From the NCBI GenBank assembly GCA_043228905.1, contig JBHGNT010000002.1, positions 3,472,001 through 3,536,000 of the forward strand: a stretch of DNA of 64,000 bases, in the 5' to 3' direction. This document shows positions 42,586 to 52,400 of the stretch, one piece after another. Each line of letters starts with the position of its first letter. Position 1 is the stretch's first letter. This DNA comes from Azolla caroliniana. Taxonomy: Eukaryota > Plantae > Polypodiophyta. The position numbers and the translations under genes are program-made. A model generated the notes under the pieces. It did not search any database. It worked only from the letters and a program-made list of their open reading frames with translations, and was not told the DNA's origin.

Positions 42586-45500
42586 TGACGAGAATATGCA
42601 GAATAATGCTCGGCCACAACCGAGTCTTCAATCACTTTGTTGAGAATTACAAACACAACAATGGGAATGTGGAGATAGATGAACGTATACACAAAACACT
42701 GAAAGAGAGTGTACACAGTATGTTAACGTGGAAAACCCTCAATGGGAAAAAGCAAGGGAGCCCACAGACTCCAAACTATCACTATGTCAAAGAATACAAC
42801 AGGGGGCACAGAGGCAACGACCTCGTGCTCACACTCTTCGCCTGGCGGCGGTTACAACAGAGAATCACTCGGTATCCTCTCTCTCTCTCTCTCTCTACTA
42901 CGATGTGTACAACAATTACACCAATAACTCTATACAACAGAAAAATGACAACACAATGATACACACCACACTTTGTTTGCCCTAGGTCATATTTATGCTA
43001 ATATGACATTAGGACTATTTACAAATATGGCCCCAATGGGCTCTCAGAAACATATTTCCATATATGTCCCTTCATCCGGTGAGAGGTTCTCACCGGGCCT
43101 TCGTCATCCCATCCGGAGGGACTGAGATCCTAACAAACTCCCCCTTCACTCCGGCATGGGATGTCTGGTTAGTCCAATTCGCTTTCGGCATGCGTCTAGC
43201 TTGTCGGGTGTCAGCACCTTGGTCAACATATCTGACCCATTCTCCTCCATGTGGATTTTCGTCAGCACGAACTCCCGATCTTCTACTCGCTCCCGGATCC
43301 AGTGGTACCTGCGTTGGATGTGCTTTGTCCTGGAATGATACGCCGCGTTTTTCGCAAGGTGGATGGCACTTTGACTGTCGCAATAGAGCCGCTATTCCTC
43401 TTGCCGGATCCCTAGCTCTTCGATGAAGCCCTTCATCCATAGTATTTCCTTGCCGGCTTCCACAACCGCCATGTACTCCGCTTCCGTGGTTGACAACACA
43501 ACCATCTTCTGCAGCCTCGACTGCCACGAAACGGCTCCCCCTGCATATGTCATGACATATCCGGAAGTTGACCGGATGGTGTCCACATTAGCCGACATAT
43601 CTGAATCGGTAAAACCGTCAAGTTGGGGTTTACCGGAGCCGAATCAGAGACACATACTTGAGGTGCCTTTCAAGTATCGAAGTATCCATTTTACCACATT
43701 CCAGTGCTCCTTGCCGGGATTGCTCATAAATCGGCTCACCACTCTGACTGCGTATCTGATATCCGGTCGGGTACACACCATTGCATACATTGAGCTCCTG
43801 ACGGCAGAGGCATATGGTATCTTCATGATATCCGCCTTCTCTACCTTCTCTTCAGGCTTTTCTTACTAGATAACCTGCAGTTTGCCGGGAGTGTCGATCC
43901 GACTGGTTTCGCATCTGACATGTTGAACTGCTGAAGCACCTTTGTCACGTACTTCTCATGTGACAGCCACAATTGCTTCGCTAACCGGTCCTGGATGATA
44001 TGCATCCCCAATATCTGTCTTGCTGGACCCAAGTCTTTCATTGAGAAGGTCTGGTTCAGAGCCTTTTTCAACATCCGTATCTTGACTTGGTCTCGTCCGA
44101 CGATCAACATGTTGTCCACGTACAGGAGGAGTATAAGGAAATCTCCACTTTCAAACTTCTTCACAAATACGCAGTGATCAGCCTACGTCTTGTGGTACCC
44201 TTGATCGGTCATGAAGGAGTCGAACTTCCGGTACCATTGCCGGGGAGCCTGTTTCAAACCGTAGAGGCTCTTCTTCAACCGACAAACCATGTGCTCCTTC
44301 CCTTTCTTCACAAATCCCTCTAGTTGCTGCATGTAGATCTCCTCTTCGAGGTCGCCATGGAGGAATGCTGTCTTCACATCTAGCTGCTCTACCTTGAGGT
44401 CCATGCTTGCCGTTATGCTCAGCACCGTCCGGATGGAAGTCATCTTTACTACCGAGGCAAATATCTCATCAAAGTCCACACCCTTCTTTTGCTGGAACCC
44501 CTTCACCCCGATCCTGGCTTTGTACCTTGGGGGGTTGCCGGCATCTCCCGGTTTCAGCTTGTACACCCACTTGTTTCGGAGTGCCCTCTTTCCTTTCAGC
44601 AACTCCACCAATTCATACATGTGGTTCTCATGCAGGGAATCCATCTCGTCCTGCATGGCACTCAACCACTTGCGGCTATGGGTGTCATCCTTCACTTCTT
44701 CGAAGCTTTTCGGCTCCCCTCATCGGTTAGCAACACGCGCTCTGCATCCGAAAATCTCTGGGGGGCCCTTCTCTCTCTGAGAGGATATCTGCGTCCTTGG
44801 TTTCCGGGACCCGACTCCTTTGTTTGTTCTTCATCCGAATCCGATTCGGGATCTTGGCCAGTTCCGGTTCCTGCTTCCTCTTCTTCTTCTGCCGGTTCGG
44901 TTTCCTCTCCGTAACCAACCGGTTCTTTGAGTGTCAACCGACTCTTAGCCGTGTAGGTCCGTATCTCATTGAACCGATCCTTTCCGGTCGACTCAGAGTT
45001 CATTATCTTCTTCTCCGACTCCCAGTCGGCAAGGGTCTCGTCCTCCATGAAGATAATATCTCGACTCCGGAACACCTTCTTGTCGATGGGGTCCCACACT
45101 TGGTAACCGAACTCATCATTGCCGTATCCGAGGAATATGCAAGGCCGGGACTTTGGATCCAACTTTGCTCTCTGGTCCTTTGCCACATGCACGTTGTCGC
45201 GTTGTTACACGCGTGCGTGGAGAAAGGCGGGACCACAGGGGTCTTGGACTAGGGAGTGACAGAGCGTAAGAAGTCGTGCTTCACCGTTTCCGGGGAATCC
45301 CAGAAGAACACCGGAAGCGACCGAAGGGAGAGAGAGGAAGAGAGGGAGCGCGCGGTTAACACTGACTCACACACACACACGCACACACACACATGCCGAC
45401 CCGACTCACTCCCTTATGTACAGGAAACGCAGAAAAGGGGAAGCACCCGACACCAACAGAGACGCGAATATACACAGACAGACGCAAATGTATATATATA

Positions 45501-48500
45501 AAAAAAGGAATACATTCCCAGCTCCGAGCCGGACCAAGGTAGGTTACAATGGTCGTCAGCTGCCAAGCCGCCGGTCGGGGAGCTCTCAGCTCGTCGCGCC
45601 GAGCGGGGTCTTGCACAGGAGGCCGAACCCAAGCAAACCCTAAGCAAACACGAAGGGGAAGAAGAAGAAGAAGAAACACTAACCCTAGACTAACGGTATA
45701 CCCTCTAATGCAAAATGGGCAACCCTTTCACAAAGGGCGTTCCCTTCCTTTTATAGAACAAGGAGAGGGATGCGTTACAATGTGGGATAAATCCCGACTT
45801 ACATGGGATCGTCTGTCCCGACTTGACTACTCTTCGGCGCCATAAAGGCGCCCTCGATATTCACACTAAATGTACATGGGTGCGTACACACGCTGCACCC
45901 CGTCGATGTAGCCAATGTTTCCCGGTTTCCACCTCTGGCCGAAATTCTTCACGACAACGTGAGCAAGACACCCGAACACCTTTAGGTGCTGGTAAGACAC
46001 CTCCTTACCGGTCCACACTCTCTACGGCGTGTCTCCATCCAAGGGTATTGAGGGTGATCCGTTTATCACATAGGGCACCGTCGTCAACGCCTCAACCCAA
46101 AACGTCTTGGGTAACTTGGCATGTGCTAGCATACTCCAGACCCTCTCCATTATGGTCCGGTTCATCCTCTCAGCCAGCCCATTGAGTTCCGGCGTCTTCG
46201 GCATCGTAAATTCGAGCCGGATTCCCTTCGAGCGGCAATACTCCTCAAACTGCCCCCGGTATTCACCTCCGTTATCTGCTCGAACCGCCTTCAGCTTCCG
46301 TTCGGTTTTTCTTTCCACTCTTGCATGGAGCTCCTTGAAGACGGATAACACCTGATCCTTCGTCTTCAACGGTGTGGTCCACAGCTTCCGGTTGTGGTCG
46401 TCTATGAATGTCACGAAGTACTACGATCTAGCATGTGACTTTGTGTCCACTTGATACACATTAGTATGCACCAGCTCCAATGGTGCATTACGTCTCATCG
46501 GTGGCCTTGAGCGAAAGGAGGTCTGGTTTTGCTTATTGGCCAAGCAGTCAATGCACTTCTCAAGATGCACGTCTTTCACCGGAATGAGGTTGTCATAGGC
46601 AAACCTCTTCATCGCCTTCTCGCTCATGTGACACAGTCTCTTGTGCCATAGCTCACCGGCAACGTCGGATGCAACGTTCACTTCTTTCGGGCATAATCGA
46701 GCATTCATCAGGTACAATGTGTTGACTTTCCGGGCCCGAGCCACTATTAGGCTCCCTTTGCTGAATTTCATAACATTGTTCCGGATGCTACCCGAGTAGC
46801 CTTCATCATCTAGCCGATCGGTTGATATCAGGTTCAGTCGAACCTCCGGAACGTGTCAGACATCCTTCAGCAACAACTTGCATCCGGTTGGTGTTGTCAA
46901 GCACACGTCTCCTACGCCGACAATTCGGCATGTACCTTCATTCCCCATCCGGACACAGCCATGATCACCGGTTGTGTTGGATGAGAAGCATTTCCGGTCT
47001 GGGGTCAGGTGGAATGACGTTCCAGAATCGACAACCCACGTTGTCTCGTCGCCGGCAAGGTTCAACTCACTCTCCTCGGTGATGAGCATCAACTCGTCTT
47101 CACTTGCCGCATTTGCCGTCGTTCCCTTCCGGTCCGGTCCTCTCCGGTCTTTTCCGTTTCGGTCCGGTGACCGCTTCGAATCGGTACTGTTGGTTTCCTT
47201 GTCTTTCTAGAAATGCTGTCAGTTCTTCTGGAAGTGCCCCGGCTTGCCGCAATAGAAGCAAGTGGGCCTCCGCCTTGACTTTAACCGTGTCCCCGACTTT
47301 TCCCGGTTCTTGGGACTCCGGTTCCTTTGTCTTCCGCGTTCTAATTCAGTAAGGAGTGCTTTGGAGTCGGAGCTCGTATCCTTGTCTTTCCGACGCGCCT
47401 CCTCATCTAGCAAGCTCGACTTGACTCTTGCTAGGGATAATTGTTTTCCTTCCCGCCTGGCGTTGCCCAAAGTGACAATTAACGTCTCCCAACTATCTGG
47501 GAGGGAACCAAGTAGGACCAATGCTAGTACCTCATCGGCGAGAGGTACTTCCAACGATGTTGCCTGTTGAATCAGCCCCTGGAAGGCCTTCATGTGTTCC
47601 GCCATACTGGAGCCATCTTGGTACTAGAGTCTTACTAGCTTCTGGAATACCGAAACCCGATTAACAACATTTTTGTTCTGAAACATAATGCCGATCTTCT
47701 CCTAGAGCTCATGAGCCTTACTCTCCTCATTAGAATGGTTGTACAGGCTCATGTCGATCAAACATCGGATGTATGCCGTTGTCTTCATGTGCATCACCTC
47801 CCACACTGTGGCGTCGATCTTATCCGGTCTCTTGTCCCCAAACTAAACCGGCAACCAAAGATCTTTAACCACGAGCATGTCCCTCATCTTCGACTTCCAC
47901 ACTGAGTAGTTGGAGCCGGTGAGCTTGAACATGCCTCCCAACAAATCTTCCATTTTCTGTGTCATTTTGCTTTGATACCAGATTGACGAGAATATGCGGA
48001 ATAATGCTCGGCCACAACCGAGTCTTCAATCACTTCGTTGCGAATTACAAACACATCAATGAGAATGTGGAGATAGATGAACGTATACACAAAACACTGA
48101 AAGAGAGTGTACACAATATGTTAACGTGGAAAACCCTAAATGGGAAAAACCACGGGAGCCCACAGACTCCAAACTATTACTATGTCAAAGAATACAACAG
48201 GGGGCATAGAGGCAACGACCTCGTGCTCACACTCTTTGCCTGACGGCGGTTACAACAGAGAATCACTATGTATCCTCTCTCTCTCTCTCTCTCTCTACTA
48301 CGCTGTGTACAACAGTTACACCAATAACTCTATACAACAGAAAAATGACAACACAATGATACACACCACACTTTGTTTGCCCTAGGTCATATTTATACTA
48401 ATATGACATTAGTACTATTTACATATATGGCCCCAATGGGCTCTCAGAAACATATTTCCATATATGTCCCTTCATCCGGTGAGAGGTTCTCACTAGGCCT

Positions 48501-48534
48501 TCGTCATCCCATCCGGAGGGCCGAAATCCTAAGA
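42586..48534 (-). mobile_element. Ty1/Copia element E (Tnt1/Tork-like), full length but decayed
   Basis: LTRs 47984-48534 and 42586-43135 differ at roughly 25 positions by eye. PBS tggtatcaaagc (Met-i) at 47969-47980, PPT at 43138-43147, TSD atagg/acagg. The gag-PR-INT-RT-RH frame has stops and frameshifts. Confidence 0.93.
45195..45956. mobile_element. Solo LTR inserted in the integrase of element E, with 4-bp TSD ACGT
   Basis: Ends TGTCGCG...TCACGACA, flanked by acgt at 45191-45194 and 45957-45960. Removal restores FGCLAHVHVAKD. Confidence 0.88.
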
Positions 48535-49472
48535 ACAGGCTCCGCGATCCTCGTCCTGTCAAGTCCGGCAAGATGGTATGTCGCATTATCGTTGGCACTT
48601 GTCATCACGTACGGCCCGAACCACCTCCTCGCAAACTTCTGGGTCGATCAGTGCTGGTTATCTAGGATGCTGTCGTAGACCAACACCCAATCAACCTCTT
48701 CGATCTTCTCCGGCCTGAGTCGGTGTGCCCGGTCGAACCAACCCTTGTTCTTCTTCCACGCTTCGTCTATCCTCACCATCGCTCGTTCGATGTCCTTTGG
48801 TCTTCGCTCAAGCTGCCGGATCCGCACCGCCAACAACTGTTCCCGACTCATCTCGTACGACCAGCTGACTGCTAGTCATGACAAAATCGTTCTTTCCACC
48901 GTCATGATTGGCTTTTGTCTGAACATTAGTTCTGCCAGCATGTGTTAATCTTGGGCTGGACAAGGCACTAACATAGGGTGTCCTTTCGGAACACTTCACC
49001 AAAGTGGTGGTATGATAAGGAATGGGAAGACCGTGACACAGAACCGTTCCTCTCCGATTGTTATCCGGATCGATTAGTTACACGTGTAGAATCAACATCA
49101 TTAAGCACAGAACGGAAATAACAGGATAGACAGGATACGAAAATAGCAACATTTCTCTATTAATTATCCATCCCTAGTTACATCATATCCGGATCCTTTT
49201 ATAGGTATCTGCCTCTGTTACAAACCGGTGCTAACCGGCAACCGGCTATGAACCGGTCCGGATCTGGATCGGCATACCAATTCCGGGTTTGTCCGTTCGA
49301 TCTTATAATTATAATAATTAATTCTTATTACAACCCCCTTTATCCCAAAACCAGTTCCCCTTTCATACGTTGGCCTAACCGGCCAACACGTGGCATGCCC
49401 GTGGGACAGTACCTTGTATGTCGATCCCACGGGTTAGCCCCTTCACTCATCTATCAGAATATCCAGAATACT

Positions 49473-52400
49473 TGTTGGGATTACGGTCCCTTCGGATGGG
49501 ATGGTCGGATCCGGTTGTCGGTTTCGGATCCGGATGACGAAGACCCCAGTTTCGGTACCGGATGACGAATGTACCCGGAGAGCGATCCGGATGCAGGGAC
49601 ATATCCGTGAATATGTTCGCTATGGGCCCCTGAGGCTACAGTTGTAAATAGCCCAAAGTCATATGAGTATAAATATGACTTAGGGCAAACTGTTTTGTTG
49701 TTGCTTCTCATTTTTCTGTTTTTCCACTCAAGAGGAGTGAAGAGTAAGCAGCCGTGAGAGAGAGAGTGAGAGAGATAGAGCGCGAGAGAGGAAGAGGACG
49801 ACGCCTCTGTGTATTTCCGCCGCCTGTGGCGAGGACAGCGAGCTCAAGGTTGTCGCCTTGGAGCTCGTCATTGTATACTTCTCTTTGTATAGTGTTGTTT
49901 GGAGTCTTGTACTCCCGTGGTTTTTCCCATCTAGGGTTTTCCACGTTAATCACTGTGTACTCGTGTATTTCTCTTTTGGTTCCTATTTTCTGCTCCATTG
50001 ATCCGCAATTACTCGGTTGTGGCCGACTGAAGAAGGTGAATCGAAGCGTTGATTCTCAACAAACTGGTATCAGAGCGACTGTTGCAGAAAATGGAAGGCG
50101 GCGGCAGCGGGCAGCCGGGGATGATGGTGCTGAACGCACAGAATTACGCCGACTGGAAGATCAAGATGGAGGATCTTCTGATTGTTCGGGACCTGTACGA
50201 ACCGATTGACAGGTCGGAAATACCGAAGGGGGTACTTGAGTCGGAGTGGAAGCTCCTGAACCGGAAAGCCGTAGCGACGATCCGACAATATGTCGATGTA
50301 AGCGTCCTACAACATGTGGCGAACGACACCAACGCATATGAAATGTGGAAGAAGCTGTCGGGCCTCTACGAGAGGAAGAATGCGTTGAACCGGACCTCCC
50401 TGATGAGGAAGATTGTGAATCTCAAGTACCGGGACGGCGAGAGTATGGTGGAACACGTAAGCACGTTCATGGGATTCGTGAATCAGCTTGCGGCGATCAA
50501 GTTCCCGCTGGAGGATGCAATGCAAGCCATCATCTTGATGTGTACATTGCCGGACAGCTGGGAGAACTTGGTGGTGACTCTCAGCACCTCCTGCACCGAA
50601 GATAACTTGTCCTTGCAAACGGTAAAGACAAGTATCTTGAATGAAGAAGCGCGTCGGAGAGACAAGGAACCGGCCTCCGAACCGAAGATGCTATTTACCG
50701 AATCGGATCGGGGAAGACAATGGAACCGGAGTCCGCAAAGACGGGAGAAGTCGGGGACCCGGTCGCAGTCAAGAGGAAGGCCCACATGCTTCCACTGTGG
50801 GAAGCCGGGGCACTTCCGAAAGAACTGTCGGCATTACCGAAAAGACAACGGAGCCGACGACACCGATTCGAAGAAGTCACCGGAGAGAAACGGTGCATAC
50901 CGGGGAGCCACGGACCGGAGAGGTTCGGATCGGCGAGGGCAGGACCGGAAAGGAACGACGGCACTCGCGGCAAGTGAAGAAGAAATCATGCTCATCACCG
51001 AAGAAGGTGAGCTAAACATTGCCGGCGATGAGACGACCTGGGTGGTCGATTCCGGAGCATCGTTCCACCTGACCCCGGAGAGAAGATACTTCTCATCCTA
51101 CACAGCCGGGGAGCATGGCTGCGTTCGGATGGGAAACGAAGGTACGTGCCGGATTGCCGGCATAGGAGACGTGTGGTTGACAACCCCGACCGGATGCAAA
51201 ATGCTGCTGAAGAATGTCCGACACGTTCCGGAGGTCCGACTGAACCTGATTTCGGCCGGGAGGCTAGATGATGAAGGCTACACGGGTAGCATCCGGAACG
51301 GTGTCATGAAGTTCAGCAAGGGGAGCTTGATAGTGGCTCGGGCCCGGAAGGTCAACACACTGTACCTGATGAATGCCTGGTTGTGTCCGGAAGAGCTGAA
51401 CGTGGCAGCCGACACTGCCGGTGAGCTGTGGCACAAAAGACTGTGCCACATGAGTGAGAAGGGGATGAAGAGGCTTGCAGAAGACAACCTTATCCCAGTG
51501 AAGCATGTGCACCTGGAGAAGTGCACCGATTGCCTGGCCGGTAAGCAGAACCGAACTTCCTTCCACTCAAGGCCACCGACGAGACGCAGTGCACCATTGG
51601 AGTTGGTGCACACGGACGTGTGTCAAGTAGAAACGAAGTCACATGGCGGAGCCCAGTACTTCGTAACATTCATCGATGATCATAGCCGAAAACTGTGGAC
51701 GGCACCGATGAAGACAAAGGACCAAGTGTTGTGCGTCTTCAAAGAACTCCACGCGAGAGTGGAAAGAGAATCCGGCAAGAAGCTGAAAGCAATACGAGCG
51801 GATAACGGAGGGGAATACCGGGGGCAGTTCCAGGAGTACTGTCGCTCGAAGGGAATCCGACTCGAGTTTACTGTGCCGAAGACGCCGGAACTGAACGGGC
51901 TGGCCGAGAGGATGAACCGGACCATAATGGAGAGGGTCCGGAGTATGCTGGCACATGCGAAATTACCCAAGGGATTTTGGGCTGAGGCAATGTCGACGGC
52001 GACATATGTGATAAACAGATCACCCTCAGTACCTTTGGACGGAGACACGCCGCAGAGAGTGTGGACCGGTAGGGAAGTATCCTACCGGCATCTGAAGGTG
52101 TTCGGGTGTCTCGCATACGTGCATGTGGCAAAGGACCGGAGAGGAAAGCTAGATCCGAAGACCCGGCCATGCATATTCCTCGGTTACGGCGACGACGAGT
52201 TCGGCTACCGAGTATGGGACCCGGTCGACAAGAAGATATTCAGGAGTCGAGATATCGTCTTTATGGAGGACAAGACACTCACCGACTGGGAGTCGGAGAA
52301 GAAGATGAAGAGCTCCAAGTCGACTGGTGAGGATAAACTCTACGAGGAGCAGTCCCGACCGGCAAGGGACCGGTTAGCACTCGAGGATCCGGCCGAAGAC

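Larger units (their letters stand above)
42085..48942 (-). mobile_element. Gypsy element B, 3' part: 3' LTR 42085-42376, PPT, and integrase C-terminus split by Copia E and cut by element C
   Basis: LTR TGTCG...CGACA, with PPT ggtgggggtgga on the minus strand. Integrase text AELMFRQKPIM...DWVLVYD...KFARRWFGPYV...YHLAGLDRTRIAE (48535-48942) continues as PIEGKQIKAFKK...EDE* (left of 42585) once E is removed. Confidence 0.8.
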
